DNA of 64,000 nucleotides from a virus (taxonomy: Duplodnaviria > Caudoviricetes), in the IMG/VR virus record IMGVR_UViG_3300028601_000020. One strand, 5' to 3'. The first letter of the stretch is position 1; the number at the start of each line of letters is the position of its first letter. A program made the translations under genes and the position numbers. Shown here piece by piece: positions 1-9,354 of this stretch. The notes beneath the pieces were generated by a model. The model was not told the origin of the DNA. It did no database searches and was given only the letters and a program-made list of their open reading frames with translations.

Positions 1-278
1 AGACATGCCATATTCTCCAGAAGCGTGGAAAGTTTTATATCGTTCATTTCAAGGAACTGTTGCTGCTTGACGGAAAAGAGGCGAACTTTTCTGAAGAGGA
101 TGCTATGCGCCGCAACACCATTGCTCAGATGCTTGAAGATTGGGGACTTGTAGAAGTGGTTGATATTGACAAGATTCAGGATCAGTTGAAACATTCCTCT
201 GTCAAGGTCGTTCCGTTTAAAGAAAAAGATAAGTGGGAACTTGTTCCCAAGTACAATATTGGCGGACGCAAGAATTAA
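1..278 (+). CDS. regA: RegA translational repressor (5'-truncated by window)
   Basis: Frame from nt 3 reads TCHILQKRGKFYIVHFKELLLLDGK...RRNTIAQMLEDWGL...WELVPKYNIG, matching T4 RegA motifs. Confidence 0.93.
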   Translation, partial: TCHILQKRGKFYIVHFKELLLLDGKEANFSEEDAMRRNTIAQMLEDWGLVEVVDIDKIQDQLKHSSVKVVPFKEKDKWELVPKYNIGGRKN

Positions 279-303
279 TTTTTGATTTTTGAAAGGAGAA
301 GCA

Positions 304-852
304 ATGCATATTAATATAAAAATTGTTCCTGTCGGTAATGCTGAATTCGTTGTTCCAGAAGTTCAAACCGCCGAATCCGCTTGTGCTGATGTTGCTGTTT
401 GTCTAAATCATGTTGATAAAGTGAAAATGTACGATTCTGATAACAATGAATATTTTCAGCCAGTAGAAAATCGTGATGGGGTGATGATGTTTGTTATTCT
501 TCGCCCTAATCATCGGGCATTGATTCCTACAGGAATGCGATTTATTATCAAGCATGGTTTTCAGTTCAAAATGATTCCTCGGAGCGGTCTTTCTCTGAAG
601 CACGGGGTGACTCTTATTAATTCTCCAGGCACTATTGATTCTGATTACACGAATGAAACCATGATCCTTCTTCATAATACATCAAATGTTCCGTTTATAT
701 GCTCCCATCATGAGCGTGTTGCACAACTGGAACTTCGGGAAAATACAATGCGAAATATGTTTTTCAGTAGCGGAACGGAAGAAGAAATTGAGAAACACAA
801 AGCATCGTCAAACAGGAAAGGTGGGTTTGGTTCTACAGGACGAAAAGCCTAA
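304..852 (+). CDS. dut: Trimeric dUTPase
   Basis: Motifs PRSGLS, NSPGTIDSDY, RKGGFGSTG; AAGGAG RBS before ATG 304. Confidence 0.95.
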   Translation: MHINIKIVPVGNAEFVVPEVQTAESACADVAVCLNHVDKVKMYDSDNNEYFQPVENRDGVMMFVILRPNHRALIPTGMRFIIKHGFQFKMIPRSGLSLKHGVTLINSPGTIDSDYTNETMILLHNTSNVPFICSHHERVAQLELRENTMRNMFFSSGTEEEIEKHKASSNRKGGFGSTGRKA

Positions 853-878
853 ATCGTAAAACTTTTTTGTGATTTTTG

Positions 879-915
879 AAAAGAGGACAGAGATTCGTTT
901 CTGCCCTCTTTTTTT
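879..915 (+). terminator. Rho-independent terminator
   Basis: aagaggacaga...tctgccctctt stem followed by a T run. Confidence 0.7.
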
Positions 916-916
916 A

Positions 917-960
917 TTTACAAGTACGATAATTTATAGTATTGTATTCTTGAAAGTGAG
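917..960 (+). promoter_or_regulatory. Sigma70-like early promoter
   Basis: TTTACA-N17-TATTGT followed by the recurring TGAAAGT motif. Confidence 0.6.
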
Positions 961-992
961 CGTAAACATAAAATTTTGATGAAGGAGAAAAA

Positions 993-1190
993 ATGAAGCC
1001 CAAATATGACATTTCTGTGCAGTTGATTGGTGAGAACGGTAATGCATTTTATATTATCGGAAAGGTTCGCAAAGAAATGAAGCGAAACGGTGTTCCTAAT
1101 AATGAAATTGATTTGTTCATAAACGAAGCAATGTCAGGAGATTACAATAACCTTCTCCGTACTTGCATGAAATATGTCAACGTTGAATAA
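993..1190 (+). CDS. Hypothetical early protein
   Basis: 65-aa ORF with strong AAGGAG RBS downstream of a promoter. Confidence 0.75.
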   Translation: MKPKYDISVQLIGENGNAFYIIGKVRKEMKRNGVPNNEIDLFINEAMSGDYNNLLRTCMKYVNVE

Positions 1191-2328
1191 GGAGAAAAAT
1201 ATGGTTCATATAGTTCAAGGTATCCATGATTGTAATTTTGTCATGACAGATGGGGATCCTACAAACGCAAAATGTATTGTTTGTGGGAAATCCATTCTTG
1301 CTGATGTTGTTCTTCCGCCTCCGAAGGAAGAAAAAGAACTTCAGTTCATGAAGTATCCAAGCATTGAAAACACTTATCGTGTAAAGACAATTCAAGAGAT
1401 TGAAAAGCAAGGTCTTAACAGTGGGGTTTGGGTTGCGACAAACAAACTTCATGGATCTAATTTTCAAGTATGTGCCGATGCCGAAAAGGTGAAGTTTGCA
1501 AAGCGAACTTCATTTATTGAAGAGAATGAGAATTTTTATGGGCTGCATTCAAATCTTTCTAATATGAAAGCATTTCTCGTTGATCGTATCAAGAGAATGC
1601 AGAACTATTTTGGAGAAACCCTGAATGTTTTCTTTGAAATTTATGGTGGTAGTTATCCACATCCTGATGTAAAGAAATTTCCTGTATCAAGAATTCAAAA
1701 AGGCGTATGGTATACTCCATCTGTTGATATCAGGGTGATTGATGTTGCTGTGGATTTTGAGTTTTTGCCGTTTGATGAAATGTCAGCAATAGTAAAACAC
1801 TATAACCTCAAACCGGCAATGGAACTTCATCGTGGATCGTTCAAAGAAATGATTGATCTTGATCCTGTTTTTGAAGATCCTACTTATAAAGAATATAATC
1901 TTCCGCCACTCGAAAATAACTATTCTGAAGGGCTGGTTATTCGTCCTGTTGAAGAAAAAATGTTTGGCAACGGAAGTCGGGTTATGATCAAAAAGAAAAA
2001 CCCTAAATTCTCAGAAAAACAACGATCGCCAAAAGTTCACAAACAACCATTGGTGCTTGCTGAAAACGTCAAAGAAATTTATGAAGAACTTTCACAATCA
2101 ATTACTGAAAATCGGTTGAGGAATATTCTTTCACACGGAGAAGAAATCACAAACAAAGACTTTGGTAAACTTCAAGGAATGCTTGTTCAAGACGTTTTAA
2201 AGGAGGAAGGTGATTGTCTTGAAACGCTTGAAAAAGACGAACGGAAGCAGGTAAATAAACTTCTCAGTCAAGACGCCGCTGAACTAATCAGAGAAAATTT
2301 TCTGAATATTCTTGACAAAACCTTTTAA
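1174..2328 (+). CDS. RNA ligase 2 (Rnl2 family); true start uncertain (1174, 1201 or 1348)
   Basis: Motif I KLHGSN, FEIYG, EGLVIRP, IKKKN..FSEK and the C-terminal ITENRLRNILSH typical of Rnl2. Confidence 0.9.
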   Translation: MSTLNKEKNMVHIVQGIHDCNFVMTDGDPTNAKCIVCGKSILADVVLPPPKEEKELQFMKYPSIENTYRVKTIQEIEKQGLNSGVWVATNKLHGSNFQVCADAEKVKFAKRTSFIEENENFYGLHSNLSNMKAFLVDRIKRMQNYFGETLNVFFEIYGGSYPHPDVKKFPVSRIQKGVWYTPSVDIRVIDVAVDFEFLPFDEMSAIVKHYNLKPAMELHRGSFKEMIDLDPVFEDPTYKEYNLPPLENNYSEGLVIRPVEEKMFGNGSRVMIKKKNPKFSEKQRSPKVHKQPLVLAENVKEIYEELSQSITENRLRNILSHGEEITNKDFGKLQGMLVQDVLKEEGDCLETLEKDERKQVNKLLSQDAAELIRENFLNILDKTF

Positions 2329-2338
2329 GGAGAGTAAA

Positions 2339-2572
2339 ATGGAAATCATAAAGAAAGGCATTTCTGAAGATAGGTTTGTGGGAAAATGCGGAGCGTGTTT
2401 TTGTGAGGCTCAAACAACTCGGCAAGAATTGTCTGAAATTCGTCCGTATGATTCACTATTTCCTCTTTACGCCGGAGATAAAATAACAGAAAAAATTACA
2501 ATAAATTGTCCTGTTTGTGGTCAATACAGAATGTTAATGGAGTGTGTTGAGGAGGAGGATAATGAAATTTAG
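2339..2572 (+). CDS. Small zinc-ribbon hypothetical protein
   Basis: CGAC and CPVC pairs; AAGGAG RBS. Confidence 0.65.
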   Translation: MEIIKKGISEDRFVGKCGACFCEAQTTRQELSEIRPYDSLFPLYAGDKITEKITINCPVCGQYRMLMECVEEEDNEI

Positions 2573-3089
2573 TGAAATTCCCAAATTGACCCGATCTGCT
2601 TCTTATCGTGTTCACCAATCTTGGAAATACTTGGACGAAACTCTTGAACGGTATCAGTCAAAGGAATATTCTGCTAAACTTGATATTGATCCTGAATTTC
2701 AGCGGGGTCATGTATGGACCGAAAAACAACAGATTGCGTATGTTGAATTTAAGTTGAAAGGAGGTGAAGGAGCAGAGTTGTTATTTTTCAATTGTATTGG
2801 GTGGATGGTTGATTTTAAAGGGCCGTTTGTTCTGGTAGACGGGAAACAAAGACTTCAAGCAGTAACCAAGTTTATGAATAATGAACTTGCTATTTTTGGC
2901 GGGCATTATTATAAAGATTTTGAAGACAAAATGAGCGGCATGGAACCAAGTTTTGTGTTTTGCGTCAATAATCTTCCTAATATGCAGATGGTTTTGCAGT
3001 GGTATCTTGAACTGAATTCTGGCGGGACTCCCCACACAAAAGAAGAATTGAACAAAGTAAAGAAAATGCTTTCTCACTACGAAAAATAA
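2562..3089 (+). CDS. DUF262/ParB-like domain protein
   Basis: PEFQRGHVW and LVDGKQRL motifs, LNSGGTP tail. Confidence 0.8.
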   Translation: MKFSEIPKLTRSASYRVHQSWKYLDETLERYQSKEYSAKLDIDPEFQRGHVWTEKQQIAYVEFKLKGGEGAELLFFNCIGWMVDFKGPFVLVDGKQRLQAVTKFMNNELAIFGGHYYKDFEDKMSGMEPSFVFCVNNLPNMQMVLQWYLELNSGGTPHTKEELNKVKKMLSHYEK

Positions 3090-3099
3090 GGAGACACAA

Positions 3100-3390
3100 A
3101 TGGTTCTTGAACCGGATACTATGAAGTATTATTATTGGAGTGATGTTGAAAAATTTTTCATTGAACAAACAGATTGTGACGGGTCAGACATTTGGGACAT
3201 GTGGCTTGGCTTGTTTGAAGACGTGGTAAAGAACGATAGTTATTGTACCCATTGGTTTGATATCACAAATATGAATGAATCTGAATTTTGTGGTGAATAC
3301 GGATACAATGGGTCAAAATTCCTCACTGCGCTTGGTGTATTGAAAGAATATATAAACGAAGATAATATTATCATTTACTACAGTTGGTGA
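3100..3390 (+). CDS. Hypothetical protein
   Basis: ORF with AAGGAG RBS in a packed operon. Confidence 0.7.
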   Translation: MVLEPDTMKYYYWSDVEKFFIEQTDCDGSDIWDMWLGLFEDVVKNDSYCTHWFDITNMNESEFCGEYGYNGSKFLTALGVLKEYINEDNIIIYYSW

Positions 3391-3394
3391 GAAA

Positions 3395-3643
3395 ATGACA
3401 ACAAACGCAAAATGTGTTTTGTGTGCCGGAGAATTGTTGTCAGGCGACGTGAATGATATTTGTCGTAAATGCAGCGAAAAAGTTGCTGAACTTTTCCCTG
3501 TTATAAAATATAATACCCTGCAGCAGAAAGAAATGTATCTTATGGGATGGATTTGTCCGAAATGTGGGGCGATTCATTCTCCTAATACGCTAGAATGTTG
3601 GCTGTGTTCTGGTCATTATAAAGTTACTTGCAAAGGAGCATAA
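3395..3643 (+). CDS. Cys-rich zinc-finger hypothetical protein
   Basis: Four CxxC pairs, GWICPKCG motif. Confidence 0.7.
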   Translation: MTTNAKCVLCAGELLSGDVNDICRKCSEKVAELFPVIKYNTLQQKEMYLMGWICPKCGAIHSPNTLECWLCSGHYKVTCKGA

Positions 3644-3645
3644 AC

Positions 3646-4026
3646 GTGAAAGAAGCCAATACACTGCGTTTTGTTTGCTTCATTGAAAAACGTTTTTATC
3701 ATCGTCGGGTAGTGACCGAAAACGAAGATCATTGTGGAGTTAAAGAAATAGACGGTAAATTGAATTTGTGTGGTGCGTACTTGAACGAATTAGGAGAGTA
3801 TGTTTTCCTTCCAATTTCTGTAGACGTTTCCGACCCTGTAAATTTGATTACTGATAATTGTTTTACTGATAACGGAAAGATTGAAAATGATGAATTTATT
3901 GGAGGCATCGTTTCTATGAAATATTATGAAAATGAAGCTGTTGAGGGATCCAAAATGTTGCCCACAGATATTAAAATTGATTTTTACACTAAAAGGAATC
4001 AAAAAGCATGTGAAGGAGAATTTTAA
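3646..4026 (+). CDS. Hypothetical protein
   Basis: ORF in operon with probable GTG start after AAGGAG; C-terminus shared with the next ORF. Confidence 0.55.
   Translation: MKEANTLRFVCFIEKRFYHRRVVTENEDHCGVKEIDGKLNLCGAYLNELGEYVFLPISVDVSDPVNLITDNCFTDNGKIENDEFIGGIVSMKYYENEAVEGSKMLPTDIKIDFYTKRNQKACEGEF
3895..3999 (+). repeat. 105-bp direct repeat, copy 1
   Basis: Matches 4158-4262 with 5 mismatches. Confidence 0.95.
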
Positions 4027-4265
4027 TGAAATTTACTTTTTTTGTTTTGTTTTTCCTTGCTTTTGTGTGTTCTGGTATGAATCTTGGGTGTCTTATTATC
4101 GGATGGTTTTTGTATGATAAAATTTTTTATGATTTGGCAATCATGGTTATTTTGTGTTTTATTGGAGGCATCGTTTCTATGAAATATTATGAAAATGAAG
4201 CTGTTATGGAATCCAAAAGGTTGCTCACAGATATTAAAATTGATTTTTACACTAAAAGGAATTGA
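4026..4265 (+). CDS. Small membrane protein
   Basis: Two hydrophobic segments; AAGGAG RBS. Confidence 0.65.
   Translation: MKFTFFVLFFLAFVCSGMNLGCLIIGWFLYDKIFYDLAIMVILCFIGGIVSMKYYENEAVMESKRLLTDIKIDFYTKRN
4158..4262 (+). repeat. 105-bp direct repeat, copy 2
   Basis: Matches 3895-3999 with 5 mismatches. Confidence 0.95.
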
Positions 4266-4268
4266 AAA

Positions 4269-4658
4269 ATGTATAAAGGAATCATTAATTGGGCGTTTGT
4301 TTGCTTTTTTGTTGCATTGGCTATTTTGGGGTCATTTTATCTTGCATTTGACAAGATGGATTCATCCTCAACAGATGAAATTGACGCTTCACAGATAAAA
4401 TTGTATGGGATTACTGATTCCCGAGAATGGGTATATAATTATCTTCGGGTTATAAAAGAACTTGAAAGCATTGAGTCGGGCCTCGGCAAAAAGTTTGCTG
4501 ATAATGCATTGAAAGACCTTCAGAATGATGGGGCAGAATACAAACCTGACTTGGTTCTTTTGAGTGCGTTTTCATGGAAAGAAAGCCCAGAGGGTTCTGA
4601 ATATTGGGCCGAAGTCTCTTCAAAAATATTGGAGAAAAATGATGGCAAAGTTAATTGA
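4269..4658 (+). CDS. Membrane-anchored hypothetical protein
   Basis: N-terminal hydrophobic helix; FSWKESPEGSEYW motif. Confidence 0.7.
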   Translation: MYKGIINWAFVCFFVALAILGSFYLAFDKMDSSSTDEIDASQIKLYGITDSREWVYNYLRVIKELESIESGLGKKFADNALKDLQNDGAEYKPDLVLLSAFSWKESPEGSEYWAEVSSKILEKNDGKVN

Positions 4659-5241
4659 CAAACTTGTTTCAAAGAAACTATGCACTCCGCCACATTGGTT
4701 ATCGTCAAATACAATGTACTTGTGTATAATGGGATCCGCTGCATATGGTGTGCAAACAGATAAATCAGACAATGACGTTTATGGATTCTGCATCCCTCCT
4801 AAACGTATGCTTGTTCAACCATTCAATGATTGCGTTCCGGGATTTGATAAGATGGAAACGTTTGAACAGTGGCAGGAGCACGGGATAAATGATCGTTCAG
4901 AAGGAAAAGAATACGATTTCTCTGTGTATAATATAACTAAGTATTTTCGTCTGGTGATGGAAAATAATCCGAATATGATTGACTCTTTGTTTGTTCCAAG
5001 GAATTGTGTTATTCATTCTACTCCTATTTCTGAAAAGATCCGCGAAAACAGAAAAATGTTTCTTCATCGTGGAGCATGGCATAAGTTCAAGGGATACGCC
5101 TATTCATCTATACACAAAATGAATTTTAAATACAAAGATGTTTTGGAACCAATAAGAGAATGGGAAAAACAAAAAGGAATATCTAAGAATTCATTTCATG
5201 ACGTTGAAAAAGAAATGAAAAGAAGGGGAATTAATATATAA
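4639..5241 (+). CDS. Pol-beta-superfamily nucleotidyltransferase, N-terminal part of a fractured gene
   Basis: GSAAYG...SDNDVYG catalytic motif, NNPNMIDSLF, FKGYA; stops before the C-terminal helical part. Confidence 0.85.
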   Translation: MMAKLIDKLVSKKLCTPPHWLSSNTMYLCIMGSAAYGVQTDKSDNDVYGFCIPPKRMLVQPFNDCVPGFDKMETFEQWQEHGINDRSEGKEYDFSVYNITKYFRLVMENNPNMIDSLFVPRNCVIHSTPISEKIRENRKMFLHRGAWHKFKGYAYSSIHKMNFKYKDVLEPIREWEKQKGISKNSFHDVEKEMKRRGINI

Positions 5242-5252
5242 ATTTAAAGGGT

Positions 5253-5310
5253 ATGGCATTTCTTCATTTATATAAATAATATTATATAAATTTAAAAGAG
5301 GAAATGTCAT
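5253..5310 (+). promoter_or_regulatory. Late promoter (TATAAATA 5271-5278) inside an RBS-sequestering hairpin
   Basis: atggcatttcttc pairs with gaggaaatgtcat, covering the SD and start of the endonuclease gene. Confidence 0.75.
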
Positions 5311-6256
5311 GATAGAAGAAAGGAAAGAATTTTTATTAAAACATAAACTCATTTCATTTAGAAAGGGCTTTATAGTTTTAAGTCCACATTTCACTAATTG
5401 CCATTGGAAAAAATTTGATCAAAAAGAACTTATAGAAAGAATTAAAGGAGATTCTATAACTGAAAAAATCTATAGGTATTTATATGATTATAATGAGGAC
5501 GTTTATTGTATTTGGTGCGGAAAGAAAAAAGTAAAATTCAAAACAATAACCGATGGTTTTGCTGATTTCTGTTCTAAGAGATGTGTTGAAGAATATGTGA
5601 AAGCAAGAGGAAATTTTACGACCCTTGGATGGAAACACACCAAGGAATCAAAACAGAAGATGAAAGATGGTCATGCGGATTTCACTGGTGATAATAATCC
5701 TTTTAAAAAAGCAATTGAAAGAGACCCAACCATAAGAAAACGGTGCAGTCAAAATAAAAAGAATTGGTGGAAGTCTTTATCGGATGAGAGAAGAAAGGAA
5801 ATCAGTAAAATTTTTTCAATTGCTCAAGCAAACAATGTAAATTTTTCTACAATACATAGAAATCATAGGTGTGGATGTTTTATATCTAAAAAGATGAAAA
5901 GAAAATTTTTCTTTAGAAGTTCTTGGGAATTGTTTGTTTGTGAATTCTTGGAAGATTGTGATGGTGTTATTGAATATTGTTTGGAAAAATTTTGTATTCC
6001 TTATATTAAAGATAAAAAACAAAGACACACAAGAATTGATTTTTGGATAAAAACAAACAACAATGAAATGATAGTTGAAGTGAAACCAGAGGGATTTATT
6101 CCATCAGCAATAAATCGTATCCAAGCAATGCAACAATATTGTATTGATAATTCAATGAATTTTTTTGTGGTTAGTAAGAATAGACTGAATGAGGAATCAT
6201 TGTGTGGAATTATTAAAGGAGAAATTCAGAATGAAAATTTTAAAAGATTTGAGTGA
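5309..6256 (+). CDS. Putative homing endonuclease, C-terminal TnsA-like PD-(D/E)xK domain
   Basis: FRSSWE...IPY...RIDF...VEVKP; NUMOD-like HTKESKQKM; lies between two halves of a gene. Confidence 0.75.
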   Translation: MIEERKEFLLKHKLISFRKGFIVLSPHFTNCHWKKFDQKELIERIKGDSITEKIYRYLYDYNEDVYCIWCGKKKVKFKTITDGFADFCSKRCVEEYVKARGNFTTLGWKHTKESKQKMKDGHADFTGDNNPFKKAIERDPTIRKRCSQNKKNWWKSLSDERRKEISKIFSIAQANNVNFSTIHRNHRCGCFISKKMKRKFFFRSSWELFVCEFLEDCDGVIEYCLEKFCIPYIKDKKQRHTRIDFWIKTNNNEMIVEVKPEGFIPSAINRIQAMQQYCIDNSMNFFVVSKNRLNEESLCGIIKGEIQNENFKRFE

Positions 6257-6668
6257 TGACGAATTAAAGGAATATTATCAATTATTCTTGAACTTAAACA
6301 AAAGACACCATTTTACGAATGAATTTGGTTATGATTTAAAATTTGCATATCACACCATAAGGCTTTTAAATGAAGTTGAACAGATTTTGACAGAAGGCGA
6401 TCTTGATCTTTTGCGAAACAAAGAGCAGTTGAAAAGCATTCGCCGAGGTGAATGGTCAAAAGAAAAAGTAATCCAGTATTTTGAAGATAAAGAAAAATCT
6501 CTTGAAGAACTTTATTTGAAGTCAGAACTTCCTTATGGTCCGGACAAAGATGCCATTCGGAAATTGCTTGTAGAATGTATAGAAATGCACTATGATCTTT
6601 CTGAATTTAAAGATTCACGAAGCGAGTCAGAAGTTAAATTGGATCAAATCAAAAAAATTCTTTGGTGA
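6231..6668 (+). CDS. Nucleotidyltransferase, C-terminal part of the fractured gene
   Basis: GYDLKFAYHTIRLL...LKSIRRGEW...SELPYGPD typical of this family's C-terminus; own AAGGAG RBS. Confidence 0.85.
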   Translation: MKILKDLSDDELKEYYQLFLNLNKRHHFTNEFGYDLKFAYHTIRLLNEVEQILTEGDLDLLRNKEQLKSIRRGEWSKEKVIQYFEDKEKSLEELYLKSELPYGPDKDAIRKLLVECIEMHYDLSEFKDSRSESEVKLDQIKKILW

Positions 6669-6856
6669 ATAGGAAATCAATGGAAGAAAAAATGAACGTT
6701 AAGACTTATGTTGAACTTGCAAAGAAAGAACTTGATAAATTTGAATCTATGTGGAATGAAGAAATGGTAAAAAAACCAAAAAATTGGCCAGAAAAACTAA
6801 CTGAAATGGAATGGGCAGAACAAGAGGTGGCCACCCGTTTTGATCTTGAATTTTGA
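6662..6856 (+). CDS. Hypothetical protein
   Basis: Short ORF ending at a terminator-like hairpin. Confidence 0.55.
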   Translation: MVNRKSMEEKMNVKTYVELAKKELDKFESMWNEEMVKKPKNWPEKLTEMEWAEQEVATRFDLEF

Positions 6857-6861
6857 AAAAA

Positions 6862-6895
6862 CCTGACACAAAAAGATATTCGTTTTTGTGTCAGG
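6862..6895 (+). terminator. Hairpin, probable terminator
   Basis: cctgacacaaaaa / tttttgtgtcagg inverted repeat. Confidence 0.6.
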
Positions 6896-6911
6896 AAAGT
6901 TTAAAAAAGTG

Positions 6912-6996
6912 TTGACTGTATCCACATAATAGTTTATTCTGTTTGTGAAAGTTAAGTGATGCTTTTGATTGAGACTAATTCTGAAAGAGGTTGATC
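6912..6996 (+). promoter_or_regulatory. Early promoter plus conserved leader
   Basis: TTGACT-N17-TATTCT then gtttgtgaaagttaagtga leader, shared with 33587 and 59756. Confidence 0.8.
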
Positions 6997-7188
6997 ATGA
7001 AAAATGCAAAAATTAGTGAAATGATTAACAAGAAAGTCATTGCAGGTATGTCCGTTTCTGCTGCGTATGACGCGGTACTGGGAGAAGGTGCGTATAATCG
7101 CATGGTAGGCGAATTGTACGATGCTTTGAAGACGAAGGAAAATATCAAGGCTTTTCGTGAAGGCTTTGAAGAAATTATGGAGGGTTAA
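6997..7188 (+). CDS. Hypothetical early protein
   Basis: ATG after GAGGT RBS at the end of the conserved leader. Confidence 0.7.
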   Translation: MKNAKISEMINKKVIAGMSVSAAYDAVLGEGAYNRMVGELYDALKTKENIKAFREGFEEIMEG

Positions 7189-7378
7189 TCATGCCTGATT
7201 TTGAAGTCGTTCTTGATAGAATTGTTGTCTATGAATCTGATTTTGACGAAGCATGTGCATTGGCAAGGGAAGCAGCGGATGAATACTTTTCGCCAGAAGC
7301 GATTCTAAGTTGGCCGGCTGTAGGAGATTCTGGTATGTGTTACGTTTTTGAAGTTTCATTCCCATAAGGAGAATAATC

Positions 7379-7624
7379 ATGAAAGAAATTACAAAAGAAG
7401 ACATTGGATGGATTTATCATTTGGCTGAAATCGGGCTCCCAATTGTAAAGGAAGCCGACAAACTAAAATTCATGCTTGAAGAAATTGAGGAAATGAAACG
7501 TCGGGTAGCTGAACGCTATGAAGTAGTTGAAGAAATGATTAGAGGAAGTTGGATTCCTCTTGAAATTGAGGACGCGAAACGCCGTCATAAACTTTCTTCT
7601 GACATTGAGGAGTCAATGAAATGA
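7379..7624 (+). CDS. Hypothetical protein
   Basis: ORF with AAGGAG RBS. Confidence 0.7.
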   Translation: MKEITKEDIGWIYHLAEIGLPIVKEADKLKFMLEEIEEMKRRVAERYEVVEEMIRGSWIPLEIEDAKRRHKLSSDIEESMK

Positions 7625-8121
7625 AAGCCGGTGATATCATCAAAGCTAAGTACAATGGACACAAACAAAAATTTCAAATTCTTGGAGTGAATGACGTTAT
7701 TACTGATGGTTGCCTAAATCTTGCTGTTCTTGATTTCGCGCCGTATTGTTATGAAGAAACAATTAACGTTTTTGCCGAACAGTGGAAACCATCTTATTCT
7801 CTAAATAAAATGGGATTTTCTCCTACTTTCTGTCGGGAAGAAACAGTTAATGACGATCACTCCCATCGTGTTTATCTGAAACCTATTCTTGGTGATAAAA
7901 TGGTAATTCCGCTTAAAGTTCAAGAAATTGTGGCCGAAGCAGTAGAAGAACATAATGCTGATGTTCGTTTTACGGCAACAGAAGATGGATATGCTTTTTT
8001 GATTTTGTATACAGGTTCTTATAAAGGATTAACAATCCTCTCGTTTTTGCCTGATACATCTGAATACAATATTTCCTATCTTTCTGGAAAGGCGCTTGAT
8101 GCACTGAAATCTTTGTTATAA
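7621..8121 (+). CDS. Hypothetical protein
   Basis: 166-aa ORF coupled to the upstream stop (ATGA). Confidence 0.75.
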   Translation: MKAGDIIKAKYNGHKQKFQILGVNDVITDGCLNLAVLDFAPYCYEETINVFAEQWKPSYSLNKMGFSPTFCREETVNDDHSHRVYLKPILGDKMVIPLKVQEIVAEAVEEHNADVRFTATEDGYAFLILYTGSYKGLTILSFLPDTSEYNISYLSGKALDALKSLL

Positions 8122-8146
8122 AATTCAAAAAGACTAAATAAAACAG

Positions 8147-8175
8147 TTGACGATTTAAACAAAACAGTTTATACT
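8147..8175 (+). promoter_or_regulatory. Sigma70-like early promoter
   Basis: TTGACG-N17-TATACT. Confidence 0.75.
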
Positions 8176-8214
8176 GTTCTTGAAGCTGAGAGAGAACAAA
8201 AGAAGAGGAGAAAA

Positions 8215-8454
8215 ATGAAAGTTAAGGAACTAATTGAATTGCTGTCCACTGAATTTCCCGAAGATGAAGTAGTTCTGTCAATTGACGAAGAAGGAAACGG
8301 TTTTTCAAGCATAAACGGGATTTCAAAGTCTGTTTTTGACGGTGAATATATTTATCTTCGTGAATTGACTCCTGAGCTTGAAACTCAGGGATTTACTGAA
8401 GAAGACATGTATACTGGAGAAGATGGAAAGAATTGTGTTGTTCTTTGGCCGTAA
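8215..8454 (+). CDS. Hypothetical protein
   Basis: MKVKELIELL...DEEGNGF...VVLWP; strong RBS. Confidence 0.75.
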   Translation: MKVKELIELLSTEFPEDEVVLSIDEEGNGFSSINGISKSVFDGEYIYLRELTPELETQGFTEEDMYTGEDGKNCVVLWP

Positions 8455-8461
8455 ATAAATT

Positions 8462-8494
8462 GCCCGAGTAGCTCCAATGGTAGAGCAATGCTCT
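8462..8494 (+). pseudogene. Truncated tRNA 5' half
   Basis: GCCCGAG TA GCTC CAATGGTA GAGC is an acceptor 5' strand plus canonical D arm; breaks off at the endonuclease cassette. Confidence 0.8.
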
Positions 8495-8502
8495 ACCAAT
8501 TT

Positions 8503-8547
8503 TCTATTTGTATAAATACTAGAAAGACAATTTATACAAATAGAGGA
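8503..8547 (+). promoter_or_regulatory. Late promoter TATAAATA (8511-8518) in a hairpin overlapping the RBS
   Basis: tctatttgtataaa / tttatacaaataga 14-bp inverted repeat. Confidence 0.75.
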
Positions 8548-8550
8548 TAA

Positions 8551-9354
8551 ATGGAACGAAATAAAAAACAGTGTTCAAAATGCGGCAAGGAAATATCCCT
8601 CTCCAACATTAAAAAGCATGAAAAATCATGTGGACAGAAGAAACATTCTTCTATTGATGAAAGTTGGAAACAACAGAGCGGAAAATACAAATGCCCGTTT
8701 TGTTCAAAAGAATACACGAAAGCAGGAATATCAACTCATATATGGAGAACACATGGAGAAGGGAAAGATTTTGATCCAAACATAGGATATAAAAATGGAA
8801 GGGTTGTGTGGAATAAAGGATTAACGAAAGAAGATGAACGAATTTTGAAACGAATCAAAACAATCAAAGAAAGATTCAAAACAGGAATGTATGGAAACAG
8901 ATTTTCATTTCCTCATTCCGAAAAAACAAAAATGCGTCTTTCTGAATTAGCGATAAAAAGAAAATTTGGTGGAGTGACAAGATCCAGAAGAATTAAATAT
9001 AAAAATAAAATTCTCGGAAGTTCTTATGAACTTGAGGTTGCAGTTTCATTAGAAGAGAATGGTATCAAATGGGAAACTTGTGACAGATTTAATTATGTTG
9101 ATGTGAATGGGAAAAAAAGAACTTACACCCCTGATTTTTATTTACCTGATTATGACGTGTATCTTGATCCAAAAAATGATTTTTTGATAAATAATATAAA
9201 TCCAGCATTGGGATACAAGGATTCTGAAAAAATAAAGTGGGCAGAGGAACAAAATGGTGTGATCATAATTATTCTAAATAAGAAAGAATTGAATTGGAAT
9301 TCAATAAAAGAAAAAATAGCCACAATTGTTCAAGGTGAACACGCCGTTTTGTAG
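8551..9354 (+). CDS. Putative homing endonuclease (zinc fingers, NUMOD, PD-(D/E)xK)
   Basis: CSKC and CPFC..H fingers, WNKGLTK, SSYE...YTPDFYL...YLDPK; 3' end overlaps a tRNA. Confidence 0.8.
   Translation: MERNKKQCSKCGKEISLSNIKKHEKSCGQKKHSSIDESWKQQSGKYKCPFCSKEYTKAGISTHIWRTHGEGKDFDPNIGYKNGRVVWNKGLTKEDERILKRIKTIKERFKTGMYGNRFSFPHSEKTKMRLSELAIKRKFGGVTRSRRIKYKNKILGSSYELEVAVSLEENGIKWETCDRFNYVDVNGKKRTYTPDFYLPDYDVYLDPKNDFLINNINPALGYKDSEKIKWAEEQNGVIIIILNKKELNWNSIKEKIATIVQGEHAVL

Noticed and set aside
1258-3425. Shared TNAKC motif in the Rnl2 N-terminal extension and ORF 3395
   Set aside because: Only about 15 bp of identity; too short to support a claim.
3895-4262. 105-bp repeat pair as a second DGR VR/TR
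   Set aside because: Mismatches include T/G and C/T and are not confined to adenines of one copy; no similarity to the TR at 31378.
5241-6231. Group I intron around the endonuclease in the nucleotidyltransferase gene
   Set aside because: No room and no recognisable core elements; the C-half has its own RBS and start.
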